DNA of 64,000 nucleotides from an uncultured Collinsella sp. (GTDB lineage Bacteria; Actinomycetota; Coriobacteriia; Coriobacteriales; Coriobacteriaceae): NCBI GenBank assembly GCA_902494625.1, contig CABUUB010000001.1:17708-81707 (forward strand), written 5' to 3'. Below are positions 53,301 to 62,385 of the stretch, one piece after another; within the stretch, counting starts at the first letter, position 1; each line of letters opens with the position of its first letter. The position numbers and the translations under genes were made by a program. The notes beneath the pieces are model-generated. The model searched no databases, was not told where the DNA came from, and saw only the letters and a program-made list of their open reading frames with translations.

Positions 53301-56300
53301 TCGCCACCGGCACCAACGACGCCAGCGGTAACATCACGATGGGCACCGTCAAGTATGACAAGGCCGGAACGCATACCTACACACTGCGCGAAGTCAACGG
53401 CGGAACCACCAGCAAGGGCATCGCCTACGACGGCAAGACTTACACCATCGTGACCACCATCACCGATAAGGGCGACGGCACGCTCAAGGCCGAGCATGTC
53501 CTGAAGGATGCCAAGGCTGCCGAGTTCAAGAATTCCTACAATCTGACCCCCACTGAGTCCAGCGTCACCGACCAGGTCAAGGCGACCAAGTTCCTGACCG
53601 GGCGCGCGCTTGCCGCCGGCGAGTTCTCCTTCGAGCTCGTCGAGGGCGACAAGGTCGTCGCCACCGGCACCAACGACGCCAGCGGCAACATCACGATGGG
53701 CGCCGTGAAGTACACCGAGGCCGGCAAGCACACCTACACACTGCGCGAGGCCAAGGGCGGAACCACCAGCAAGGGCGTCTCCTATGACGCCAAGACCTAC
53801 ACCGTCGTGACCACCGTTACCGACAGGGGCGACGGCACGCTCGCGGTCAAGCATGAGCTGAAGGACGCTGGGACCGCCGAGTTCAAGAATTCCTACACCG
53901 TGACGCCCGAGGACTCCAGCGTCACCGACCAAGTCACCGCGACCAAGTTCTTGGACGGCCGTGACCTCAAGGCCGGAGAGTTCCGTTTTGAGCTCGTCGA
54001 GGGCAGTAACGTAGTTGCCACCGGCACTAACAACGCCGACGGCAAGATTGTGATGGATCCCGTCACCTACACCGCTGCCGGCGAGCACATCTACACGCTG
54101 CGCGAGACCAAGGCCGGCGCCACCGAGAACGGCATCACCTACAGCGCCGCCGAGTACACCATCGTGACCACGGTCACGGACAACGGCGACGGTACCCTCA
54201 GCGTGGAGCATAAGCTGCAGAACGACGAGAAGGCGACCTTCGAGAACGCCTATACGGTGACCCCCAAGAGCTCCAGCGTCACCGACCAGATCACCGCGAC
54301 CAAGGTCTTGACCGGCCGCGACCTCAAGGAAGGCGAGTTCTCCTTCGAGCTCGTCGAGGGCGACAAGGTCGTCGCCACCGGCAAGAACGCCGCCGACGGC
54401 AAGATCACGATGGGCGAGATCGCCTACAACGAGCCCGGCAAGCACACCTACACGCTGCGCGAGGTCCCGGGCGACGCCGGCAACGGCATCACCTACGACG
54501 GCAAGACCTACACTATCGAGACGACCGTCACCGACAACGGCAAGGGCGAGCTCGTGGTAAAGCATGAGCTGAATGGAGCCGACGAGGCGAAGTTCAACAA
54601 CGGCTACAAGCCGAATCCTGACGAGTTCAGCGTCACCGACCAGATCACCGCGAATAAGGTCCTGACCGGACGCGAACTTGCTGCCGGCGAGTTCAGCTTC
54701 GAGCTCGTCGAGGGTGAGGGCGAGGATGCCAAGGTCGTCGCCACCGGCAAGAACGCCGCCGACGGCACGATTACGATGAGCCCCGTGAAGTACGACAAAC
54801 CCGGCAAGCACACTTACACGCTGCGCGAGGTCAACGGTGGAACCACCAGCAAGGGCATCACCTACAGTGACGCCAAGTACACTATCGAGACCACCATCAC
54901 CGACAACGGCGACGGCACCCTCAAGGCCGAGCATGTCCTGAAGGACCCCGAGGCTGCGACCTTCAAGAACACCTACAGCGTGACCCCGCTCGATGCAGAG
55001 CTCGACTTTGACCTGAGCAAGGTCATCAGCGGCCGCGAGTGGACGGATGGGGACGAGTTCAGCTTTACCATTACCGCCCCCGATGGCGCCCCGCTCCCCG
55101 ATCCTGCGACCGTAACCGTGAGCAAGCACGATGCGAAGGACGGCATTGCCGCCATCAAGTTCGGCAAGATTCGCTACACGGCCACCGGAACCTACAAGTA
55201 CGAGATCCGCGAGAACGCGGGCAGCACGGTCGGCATGACGTATGACGCGCATGTCGCAACCGCCGAAGTGACCGTGACCGAGAACGGCGATGGCAGCCTG
55301 ACCGCCAACGTCACCAAGAAGGAAAACGGACGCTTTACCAACACGTACCACACTGAGCTTAACTACACCGCGGCCGGCGGTCTGTGGCTCAGCAAGTATC
55401 TGGACGGCCGCCCCATGACCGAGGGTCAGTTCACCTTTACCGTGACACCTGCTGACGATGCTTCGGCTCGCGCGCTCGGTCTGCTGCCCGGGGCTAATAG
55501 CTTCAAGTCCCCCGCAGCGGCAGAGGCAACGGTCGGACTGATCGACATTCTGGCTGGTCATGAGGTTATATTTACGCAGGCTGACGCCGGCAAGACCTTT
55601 ACGTACACCGTGGCCGAGAAGAACGACGGCCAGCCCGGTTACACCTACGACGACGCCGTGCGCACGGTGACGATCGCCATCGCCGACGACACCGCCGGCA
55701 CGCTCACTGCTACGACGACCGTTTCCGGCGGTCCCGAGGGCACGCATGAGACGGTCCACAAGAGTGGCGAGAACAAGGTCGAGAAGGCCCTGGTGCCGTT
55801 CCACAACAGTTACAGCGCTACGACCAACACGCCTGGCGGCACCGCCGCTCAGGTCGTTGCCACCAAGACTCTGACCGGCCGCCCGATGGCCGACGGCGAG
55901 TTCTGGTTCGGCATCGCCTATCAGGGTGAGCTTGTGGCATACGAAAACCTCAAGCCCAATATCGGCGGGCACGTGAGCTTTGATACGCTGCACTACGACA
56001 CTAAGATGCTTGCTAATCTTGAGGCTGCTGGGCTTGCCCATCGTACCGACAAGGACGGTAAGCTTGCCTGGACCATTAACTATACGGCCTACGAAGATTT
56101 ATTCGGGCTGCCGAATGGCGTTTCCGCTACAACGTGGAGCTTTGGCTTTAAGGTTATCGTCGTCGACAACGGTGACGGTACCCTGACGGCAACGGTCGAC
56201 TACGGCGGCGTCGAGCCCTTGTTCGAGAACGTCTACGGCGCCGAAGCCGTCGATGCCGCGCTCACCGGCACTAAGAAGCTCCAAGCTGCCGAGGGCCTGA

Positions 56301-57676
56301 CCCCGGCTGACATCACGGGCAAGTTCACCTTTACCGTGACCGCCGACGAGGCTAGTGCCCCGATGCCCGAGCGCACGACCGCAACCAACGACGCGGCTGG
56401 CAACGTGGACTTTGGCAAGATCCACTTTACGCTCGAGGACCTCAACCGCGCTCTGGGCGTGACGGACGATGCGACCGATAAGGCCGAGGCAGACGAAGCT
56501 GACGAAGCCGAGGCCGACGAGGCAGAGGCTGAAGAGGCCGACACCGATGCCAACGCCGACGAGCCCAGCGACGAGCCCGAGCCCGCAGCCCCCACCGCTC
56601 CGCGCTCGCACACCTTTACTTACATGGTGACCGAGTCCGGTAGTGCCCCTGGCGTGACCAATGACACCAACGCCACGCGCAAGGTTTCCTACACCGTGTC
56701 TGACGACGGTGCCGGGCATCTGAGCGTCAAGCGCGAAGGCGACGACGGTGCTGCCTTCACGTTTACCAACACCTACGGCGTGGCACCTACCGATTCGTCC
56801 GTGACCGATCAGGTCAAGACAGTCAAGCGCCTGACTGGACGCGACCTTGCAGCAGGCGAGTTCACGTTTGAGCTGCTCGAGGACGACGTGGTTGTCGCTA
56901 ACGGCACCAACGACGCTAACGGCACCGTGACGCTGAGCCCGATTCGCTACGAGGTACCCGGCACGCACACGTACACGCTGCGCGAGGCTTGCCCCAACGC
57001 GCTCGGCCTGTACAAGGGCGTCACCTATGACGGCACGACCTACACCGTCGTGGCCACCGTCTCCGACAACGGCGACGGCACGCTGACCGCGACGCACAAG
57101 CTCGAGGGAACCACCGAGTCGGCTGGCTTTACCAACAAGTATCACGCCATGCCCACTCAGGTCTCCATCGGCGCCATCAAGGTGCTTGAGGGACGCGAGC
57201 TCAAGAAGGACGAGTTCAGCTTTAAGCTCGTTGGCGAGGGCATCGAGTCCACCGTCACCAACGATGCCGACGGCAAGATCAACTTCGACAAGTTCGAGTA
57301 CGACGAGCCTGGTACGTACGTCTACACCATCGCCGAGGTCAAGGGCGACGAGGTCGGTATGACCTACGACAAGTCCGTCTTTACCGCGACCGTCAACGTG
57401 GCCGACGACGGCGAGGGCAACCTCAAGGCGAACGTCGCCTTTACCAAGGGCGACAAGAGCGTCGAGGGTATCGTGTTCAACAACACGTACAAGAAGCCCG
57501 AGACGCCCGTGCCGACGCCCGATCCCGGCACGCCCAAGACCGTGACGAACATCGTCAAGACGGTCAAGGGTTTCCTGCCCACCACGGGTGACCAGCAGGC
57601 CGCCGCACTGCTCATGGCATTCGTCATCGCCATGGCCGGCGTCGGAGCCCTGGTCTGGGGTATCCGTAAGCGCTAG
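50366..57676 (+). CDS. giant LPXTG-anchored adhesin: signal peptide, vWFA domain, about 15 pilin/Spy0128-type isopeptide-fold repeats
   Basis: 2436 aa. Signal peptide. MIDAS motif DIVMVLDASGSMDD. Many repeats of ...VTDQITATKVLTGRxLxxGEFxFELVEG...YTLREV...GIxYD...YTIxTTVTDNGDGTL... Acidic EADEADEAEADE linker. C-terminal LPTTG, TM helix and RKR. Confidence 0.9.
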   Translation: MGKYTRGLLAVILAVVLVLPAAAFAMLPEANARSSTGMDGPEATKIVDHDTSNHWKFWAGGYDGSKVTTQNVGRIWTDKTVQAIDDGKSDFLTTLSAMSSTSDTTSLVSKPLDIVMVLDASGSMDDPMGGKGSPKRIVALKNAANHFIDTIAEQNKNVKDASKQHQVAIVKFAGKKSDKVGNDTYRDDGNTYNYSQTMLGLTVCKDGGAKSLKNTVNLIEPAGSTRADYGMDLAKGIAGREDAQKIVVFFTDGSPTSSNGFEAEVAKDAINIAKTIKSGGATIYTIGIFNGAKPGDDPTSSRTSNENKFMHAVSSNYPDATSSVSHGFFGTEEWNVNFGNPVAGASYYKSATNAAELDQVFKDISSAITSGKGFPTKVEGNNPNGSGYITFEDELGAFMQVDSFTGAEYNGKTYGAATKLTDGNIDTYTFDGELAHLVITVDRADENNPQRGDIVTVKVPASLIPLRRFTVDESAGTFVVDSTDAISPIRVAYASSVKAIARKNLFTPNNVPGLQDYINEHKDADSNTVSFYANKWTGDDVGDTVASFEPAATNSYYYFQKLTPVYTDAACTKLATEKPSGSKTYWYKDEFMAQNSSGAPYDDSVSIPVKGSELESFEGALVKDGDHWSIKAGTARLAYINQLHTTKERVGGNPTDTARDVINPQWNNTKVVSGATKVNVYLGNNGKISFTLNTTPTTLTTADFGLTKVLEGRDWTDEDKFEFGLTSEDNAPMPRSTTAFATKGHADISFGEIAYDKPGTYVYKVSEKHAGTTVDGIAYSKNVAEFTVTVTPNAKGKLEASVKKTSGEVEFKNTYTANPAESSVTDQITVTKVLTGHKLQDNEFSFELVEGEGEDASVVETVKNDANGNVAFSAIKYTEIGQHIYTLREVKGNAGGIAYDKTVYTVVTTIADNGKGQLVATHKLKGAEDVKKIEFKNSYTVTPKSSSVTDQITATKSLTGRKLAAGEFSFELVEGDKVVATGTNDASGNITMGTVKYDKAGTHTYTLREVNGGTTSKGIAYDGKTYTIVTTITDKGDGTLKAEHVLKDAKAAEFKNSYNLTPTESSVTDQVKATKFLTGRALAAGEFSFELVEGDKVVATGTNDASGNITMGAVKYTEAGKHTYTLREAKGGTTSKGVSYDAKTYTVVTTVTDRGDGTLAVKHELKDAGTAEFKNSYTVTPEDSSVTDQVTATKFLDGRDLKAGEFRFELVEGSNVVATGTNNADGKIVMDPVTYTAAGEHIYTLRETKAGATENGITYSAAEYTIVTTVTDNGDGTLSVEHKLQNDEKATFENAYTVTPKSSSVTDQITATKVLTGRDLKEGEFSFELVEGDKVVATGKNAADGKITMGEIAYNEPGKHTYTLREVPGDAGNGITYDGKTYTIETTVTDNGKGELVVKHELNGADEAKFNNGYKPNPDEFSVTDQITANKVLTGRELAAGEFSFELVEGEGEDAKVVATGKNAADGTITMSPVKYDKPGKHTYTLREVNGGTTSKGITYSDAKYTIETTITDNGDGTLKAEHVLKDPEAATFKNTYSVTPLDAELDFDLSKVISGREWTDGDEFSFTITAPDGAPLPDPATVTVSKHDAKDGIAAIKFGKIRYTATGTYKYEIRENAGSTVGMTYDAHVATAEVTVTENGDGSLTANVTKKENGRFTNTYHTELNYTAAGGLWLSKYLDGRPMTEGQFTFTVTPADDASARALGLLPGANSFKSPAAAEATVGLIDILAGHEVIFTQADAGKTFTYTVAEKNDGQPGYTYDDAVRTVTIAIADDTAGTLTATTTVSGGPEGTHETVHKSGENKVEKALVPFHNSYSATTNTPGGTAAQVVATKTLTGRPMADGEFWFGIAYQGELVAYENLKPNIGGHVSFDTLHYDTKMLANLEAAGLAHRTDKDGKLAWTINYTAYEDLFGLPNGVSATTWSFGFKVIVVDNGDGTLTATVDYGGVEPLFENVYGAEAVDAALTGTKKLQAAEGLTPADITGKFTFTVTADEASAPMPERTTATNDAAGNVDFGKIHFTLEDLNRALGVTDDATDKAEADEADEAEADEAEAEEADTDANADEPSDEPEPAAPTAPRSHTFTYMVTESGSAPGVTNDTNATRKVSYTVSDDGAGHLSVKREGDDGAAFTFTNTYGVAPTDSSVTDQVKTVKRLTGRDLAAGEFTFELLEDDVVVANGTNDANGTVTLSPIRYEVPGTHTYTLREACPNALGLYKGVTYDGTTYTVVATVSDNGDGTLTATHKLEGTTESAGFTNKYHAMPTQVSIGAIKVLEGRELKKDEFSFKLVGEGIESTVTNDADGKINFDKFEYDEPGTYVYTIAEVKGDEVGMTYDKSVFTATVNVADDGEGNLKANVAFTKGDKSVEGIVFNNTYKKPETPVPTPDPGTPKTVTNIVKTVKGFLPTTGDQQAAALLMAFVIAMAGVGALVWGIRKR
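52829..54985 (+). repeat. six tandem ~357-bp (119-aa) intragenic repeats
   Basis: The TC(C/G)AGCGTCACCGA(C/T)CAG landmark recurs at 52829, 53201, 53558, 53915, 54272 and 54626. Confidence 0.85.
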
Positions 57677-57814
57677 GCACGCTGGCAGCGCCCGGGGCCA
57701 AAAGGCCCCGGGCGGCCGGCGGGGTTAAATCCCGACCTACTCCTACCCCCAGCCGCCACGGAGGCATCTCCCTCCTCCGTGGCGGCGCTTTTGTGCGTAG
57801 GCGAGAAGGGCCTG

Positions 57815-57972
57815 CCACGAAACCGGCCCATCTACTACGTTTAGCCCCTTACCCCCAACCATGCCAAAAAGCGCGAAAACAAAACCGCAGGTAGAACGCC
57901 TGCGGTTTTGTTCAAAACGAAGGTATGGTCAGGGGTATCGAGTCAAACGTAGTAGATGGGCCGATTTCGTGG
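57815..57972. mobile_element. 158-bp MITE-like element E2 (28-bp TIRs, 1 mismatch; internal terminator hairpin)
   Basis: TIRs ccacgaaaccggcccatctactacgttt / aaacgtagtagatgggccgatttcgtgg. The core is aaaaCCGCAGGtagaacgCCTGCGGttttg. Confidence 0.5.
57885..57912 (+). terminator. intrinsic terminator of the adhesin gene (inside E2)
   Basis: CCGCAGG-tagaacg-CCTGCGG followed by TTTTGTT. Confidence 0.6.
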
Positions 57973-58065
57973 CGCGCGGTTCCGGCTGATCCCTTGGGGA
58001 CGGAGGAAGACGGATCATTTTGGTCCCGCGAGGCTTGCAGGGGCACTCGTGCAGGGCCGCCCGAA

Positions 58066-58219
58066 CAAAACTATGTCGGTTTACTACGATGAATTCGACA
58101 TTCCCGACCATGACTGCATTTTTCTAAATATTGCAAGCGTTCTACCTGCGGTTTTGCAAGCGCGCAATTTACCGTGGTCGAAGGCGGGCGATTCATCGTA
58201 GTAAACCGGCATAGTTTTG
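58066..58219. mobile_element. 154-bp MITE-like element E3 (29-bp TIRs, 1 mismatch; core inverted and degenerate)
   Basis: TIRs caaaactatgtcggtttactacgatgaat / attcatcgtagtaaaccggcatagttttg. The outer ends and flanks (cgaacaaaactatg... / ...catagttttgaaatg) match E1. Confidence 0.5.
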
Positions 58220-58279
58220 AAATGGTATTAAATCGGTGGTAGCCATTTTGCTATGCCGGGGCGGTCGGTCGTTGGGTAA

Positions 58280-58909
58280 TTACCCTCGCAGATAGGCGAT
58301 GGCGATTTGGGTGCGGTTGCGCAGGCCCATTTTGGCAAGGATCGAGCTGATGTGGTTGCGTACCGTGCCTTCGCCCATATAGGCGGTGGCAGCAATCTCC
58401 TTGTTGTCGAGGCCGCGGGCGATGAGCTCTGCGACTTCGAACTCGCGGTCGGTCAGGCTGGCAAAGGCGGCGGGCCGGCGAGGCGTGTCGGCCTCGGACC
58501 CCGCCCCATCAAAGTCGATATCCTCGATCGCCTTGCCCTCGAGTACGCGTTTGCCGTCCATGACCTGCGCCAACGCTGGAGGAATGGCGGCGACATCGGT
58601 CTTGATCAGGTAACCGCGGGCGCCCAGCTTGAGCGCCGACACAATGTACTCGTCATCCGAGAATGTCGTCAGAAACACCACGCGCGCCGTGGGGTCGCGC
58701 TCAAGGATCTCGCGTGCCGCCGAAAGTCCGTCGCGCCCCGGCATCTGAATGTCGAGCAGCGCGATATCGGGTGCGTGTTCGGCATAGAGCGAAACCGCGT
58801 CGTTGCCGTTGGCGCCGGTACCCACCACCTCGATCTGCGGCTGGGCGCCCAGGATAATCTTGAGCGAATCGACCACCAAGCGGTCGTCGTCGACAACGAT
58901 GAGCCTCAT
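58280..58909 (-). CDS. NarL/LuxR-family response regulator
   Basis: Receiver domain (VVDDDRLV...LLDIQMPGRDG) plus a LuxR HTH (LTDREFEVAELIARGLDNKEIA...TVRNHISSIL). Confidence 0.9.
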   Translation of the reverse strand: MRLIVVDDDRLVVDSLKIILGAQPQIEVVGTGANGNDAVSLYAEHAPDIALLDIQMPGRDGLSAAREILERDPTARVVFLTTFSDDEYIVSALKLGARGYLIKTDVAAIPPALAQVMDGKRVLEGKAIEDIDFDGAGSEADTPRRPAAFASLTDREFEVAELIARGLDNKEIAATAYMGEGTVRNHISSILAKMGLRNRTQIAIAYLRG

Positions 58910-60051
58910 CGGTCCTCATCTCCTTGCTGTTTGGGAACGGTGGCAAACACGCGCCAGCCGCCGGCGCTGGCACGCGGGCCGGCGGTGAAGGTGCCGCCAA
59001 GCGCTTCGATGCGCTCGCGCATGGAGGCGAGCCCCATGCCCTCCGCAGCGCCGCGGCCGCTTGCTTGGACCCCGCCCGCGCCATCGTCGGTAACGACAAG
59101 CTGGTAAAACGACGGATGTTCCATGCATCGTACGGTGACGGTCTGGGCGCAAGCGTGGCGCATGGTATTGGAGAGCGCCTCGCGCAGGACCGCTGCAAAG
59201 CAGTTGGCGACATTTGCGGGCGCATGCTCGGCCAAAACTACAAGCTCAATCTGCGGGCCGCCGTCCGAGCGCGCGCCTTCAACAATGCGTTCGAGCTGCA
59301 CGGAAAGGTCGACGGCGTTGTCGTTGAGCGCGTGGACGCTGGTGCGCACAAGCTGGAGCGCCTCGTCAACCGTGCGTTTAACGTCGGCGAAATCGGCGGC
59401 GACGCCAGGCTCGTCGGCGTGGACCACGCGTAGGGCTTCGGCCTGCAGTGAGGCGCGCGTGAGCTGGTGCCCGACGTTATCGTGGATCTCGCGCGCGATG
59501 CGGGCGCGTTCGGCGAGTGTTGCGAGCTCGACTTCGTAGTCCTGGCGGTCGGCAAGATCGCGGTTGCGCGCCTCGAGCGCGAGGGCTCGTTCCTGCAGCT
59601 CGTCGCGGGTACGGCGCATGCGCTGCTGCTCGCGCTCCAACTGGGCGGTACGTAGCGACAGCAAGGTGGCGGCAACCGAAAGGATGGCGGTCAGCAGGAG
59701 CGTTCGGGCGGTGAGCGCGTCGCCGCGAAGGTTCGCGACAAGCGCAAAGGCAAAAGCGGAGCCAATGCCCAGCGCGATCCAGGCCTGCTCACGGCGCACG
59801 CGCCGCGCGATGTCATAGAGGGCGAGAGGCGCAAACGGCACAAACGGCGGCACGAAGACGGCCGCGATGACGTAAGCGTAGCTCGCGGCCTCGCTCGCAC
59901 GGCGGGCGCGGTTTCCCTGTGCGACCTCGGCCAGCGAGGTGGCAATAACGCCAAGGCAAAACGCCGCGACTAGGCGAGCGTCCACGGCAAGACCCATGGC
60001 GGCCGCAATACAGCACGCCAGCACGATCGATTTGTCGAAAAGCCTGTTCAT
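58906..60051 (-). CDS. sensor histidine kinase (HisKA_3 / DesK-LiaS type)
   Basis: Five to six N-terminal TM helices, H-box REIHDNVGHQLT and a HATPase_c domain (LREALSNTMRHA...VTDDGAG). 4-nt overlap with the regulator gene. Start chosen at MNRLF. Confidence 0.85.
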   Translation of the reverse strand: MNRLFDKSIVLACCIAAAMGLAVDARLVAAFCLGVIATSLAEVAQGNRARRASEAASYAYVIAAVFVPPFVPFAPLALYDIARRVRREQAWIALGIGSAFAFALVANLRGDALTARTLLLTAILSVAATLLSLRTAQLEREQQRMRRTRDELQERALALEARNRDLADRQDYEVELATLAERARIAREIHDNVGHQLTRASLQAEALRVVHADEPGVAADFADVKRTVDEALQLVRTSVHALNDNAVDLSVQLERIVEGARSDGGPQIELVVLAEHAPANVANCFAAVLREALSNTMRHACAQTVTVRCMEHPSFYQLVVTDDGAGGVQASGRGAAEGMGLASMRERIEALGGTFTAGPRASAGGWRVFATVPKQQGDEDR

Positions 60052-60249
60052 ATGGGTATTGTACGCGATGCCGCGCATGGGGGAGGCGCCACCCGGAGCA
60101 ACCGTGACATTCCTCCCACGCGGCAAAGCGGGGACGTCGGCAGGCCGCGCGACCAAGCCCCGCACTTGTGACAAAGCTCACTGGTGCGCGCCGCCCGCAC
60201 CTGCGATGATGCAATCGTACCGGGCCGAAATCAACAGAAAGGCCGCCTC

Positions 60250-61188
60250 ATGACAGACATCGTCCACGTCGAAAACCTCGTCAAGCGCTATGACGACCTT
60301 ATCGCGCTCGACCACTTTAACCTGAACATCGCCCCCGGCGAGATCTTTGGCCTGCTGGGCCCCAACGGCTCGGGCAAGACCACGTCCATCAACTGCATCC
60401 TGCAGCTGCTCGCCTACGACAAGGGCACCATCGAGCTCTTTGGCGAGCCCATGACGCCCGCCCGCTACGACCTCAAGCGCCGCATCGGCGTGGTGCCGCA
60501 ACAGGTGGCGGTGTTCGACGAGCTCACCGTGCGCGAGAACATCGACTATTTCTGCAGCCTCTACGTAAACGACCGCAAGCGCCGCCGCGCGCTGGTGGAC
60601 GAGGCGATCGACTTTGTCGGCCTGGGTGACTTTATCAAGTTCCGCCCCGGCAAGCTCTCGGGCGGCCTGGCGCGTCGCCTCAACATTGCCTGCGGTATCG
60701 CGCACAAGCCCGAGCTCATCTTTTTTGACGAGCCCACGGTGGCGGTCGATCCGCAGAGCCGCAACGCCATCCTGGGGGGCATCTGCCGTCTGCGCGACGA
60801 AGGCGCCACGGTGGTGTATACCAGCCATTACATGGAGGAAGTCGAGCAGATCTGCAGCCGCATCATGATCATGGACGGCGGCCGCGTATTGGCGCAGGGC
60901 ACCAACGACGAGCTCAAGCGCATGATCCAGATGGGCGAAAAGATCGTGATCGAGGTCGGTGAGGTGCCGAGTGCGGCACTCGCCGCCGTTGCGAGCCTGC
61001 CACATGTCCTGGACCTGGCGGCGACGGCAGGTCAACTCACGTTCTCGTGCGAGGCGAGCCCGCATAACCTGACCGACATCCTCGATGTGTTGCGCTCGCA
61101 CGACGTGCCGCTCGGCCGCATCTACTCCGAGCCGCCGACCCTCAACGACGTGTTCCTCGAGATCACCGGCCGCGAGCTGCGCGACTAG
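60250..61188 (+). CDS. ABC transporter ATP-binding protein (ABC-2/DrrA-like)
   Basis: GPNGSGKTT, LSGGLARRLNIACG and IFFDEPTVAVD, with a C-terminal accessory domain. Confidence 0.9.
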   Translation: MTDIVHVENLVKRYDDLIALDHFNLNIAPGEIFGLLGPNGSGKTTSINCILQLLAYDKGTIELFGEPMTPARYDLKRRIGVVPQQVAVFDELTVRENIDYFCSLYVNDRKRRRALVDEAIDFVGLGDFIKFRPGKLSGGLARRLNIACGIAHKPELIFFDEPTVAVDPQSRNAILGGICRLRDEGATVVYTSHYMEEVEQICSRIMIMDGGRVLAQGTNDELKRMIQMGEKIVIEVGEVPSAALAAVASLPHVLDLAATAGQLTFSCEASPHNLTDILDVLRSHDVPLGRIYSEPPTLNDVFLEITGRELRD

Positions 61189-61197
61189 GGGGTAGCC

Positions 61198-62385
61198 ATG
61201 TTCAACACCATTATTACCACGCTCAAGACGCTGCTGCGTCGGCCGAGCACGTGGGTTTGGGGCGCGGTCTTTCCCGTCGCGCTTTCCACGATGTTCATGT
61301 TTATGTTTGCGAACCTGAGCTCTGACGGCAGGGTCGACCCGGTGCCGGTTGCCGTCGTCGCCGACGAAGCCTGGAGCGCATCGACCTTTAAGGACGTGGC
61401 GGCCTCGCTTGCCGAGGAGGGCGACGATCAGCTGCTCGAGATCCACGAGTGCGACGATGTGACCGCCGCGAACCGTGCGCTCAAGGCCGGCGAAGTGGCG
61501 GGCATCTATACGGTCGACGCCGAAGGCGCGCCCAAACTCACGCTGCTTTCGAGCTACGACAGCTCGCGCGCCTCGTCGGTGCTCACCGACCGCAGCATCT
61601 TGGAGACGGTAGCGAGCTCGTATACGCAAAATGCCGAGCTCATGCGCCAGATCGCCCAGGACAACCCGGCGGCGCTTGCCGACTCGGAGGCGGTTGCGCG
61701 CGCCCTGTCGCTCGAGGGCGGCACCCGCCGCGTAAGCCTGACACGCACCACGCCCGATGGCACGGTCATCTACTACTACGCGCTCTTTGGTCTGGTGGCG
61801 ATGATGTCTGCCGAGTTTGCCGCCTTGAGCGTCGTCGATCTGCAGCCCAATCTGTCGGGCCTCGGCGCGCGTCGCTGCGTGGGCGGCCTTTCCAAGACGG
61901 CGTCGCTGGCCGGCATCTTTGTCGGCTCGTGGCTGGTTTCCTTCGCCTCGATGGCGATCGCAATCGGCTACGTGCGCCTGGTCGTGGGCGTCGACTTTGG
62001 CGGGCGCGAGGGGCTGTGTCTGGTGGGCGGCGCCGCTTCCGCGCTTGCCGCCACGGGCCTGGGACTCTTTGTGGGCACGCTTCCCGTTAAGGGCGGCAAG
62101 GCGTCCAAGTCCGGCATCCTCACGGGCTTTGCCACCACGTGCGCCCTGTTCGCCGGCCTCTACGGCGAGCCGGCGATGGCGCTTGCCGACGACGTCGCCC
62201 GCGCCTGCCCGGCCGAGTGCTGGCTCAACCCCGTCAAGCTCATCTGCGACATGTTCAACCGCCTGTATTTCTTTGAGGACCTGAGCCCCTTTGCCGTTCG
62301 CGCCGGCGCGCTGGTCCTTATGGCGCTGCTGTTCGTTGCCGCCGCCACGCTGATCTTTGGAAGGAGCCGCTATGAGCACCTTTAA
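61198..62385 (+). CDS. ABC-2 type transporter permease
   Basis: One N-terminal TM helix, a large extracytoplasmic loop, then five C-terminal TM helices. Confidence 0.75.
   Translation: MFNTIITTLKTLLRRPSTWVWGAVFPVALSTMFMFMFANLSSDGRVDPVPVAVVADEAWSASTFKDVAASLAEEGDDQLLEIHECDDVTAANRALKAGEVAGIYTVDAEGAPKLTLLSSYDSSRASSVLTDRSILETVASSYTQNAELMRQIAQDNPAALADSEAVARALSLEGGTRRVSLTRTTPDGTVIYYYALFGLVAMMSAEFAALSVVDLQPNLSGLGARRCVGGLSKTASLAGIFVGSWLVSFASMAIAIGYVRLVVGVDFGGREGLCLVGGAASALAATGLGLFVGTLPVKGGKASKSGILTGFATTCALFAGLYGEPAMALADDVARACPAECWLNPVKLICDMFNRLYFFEDLSPFAVRAGALVLMALLFVAAATLIFGRSRYEHL

Noticed and set aside
52049-56041. 1330-aa ORF on the minus strand inside the adhesin gene
   Set aside because: It is antisense to a gene with clear domain repeats, a signal peptide and an LPXTG signal. 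Its translation is a G/A/V/L/R-rich low-information sequence typical of shadow ORFs in high-G+C DNA. It has no RBS and no recognisable motifs.
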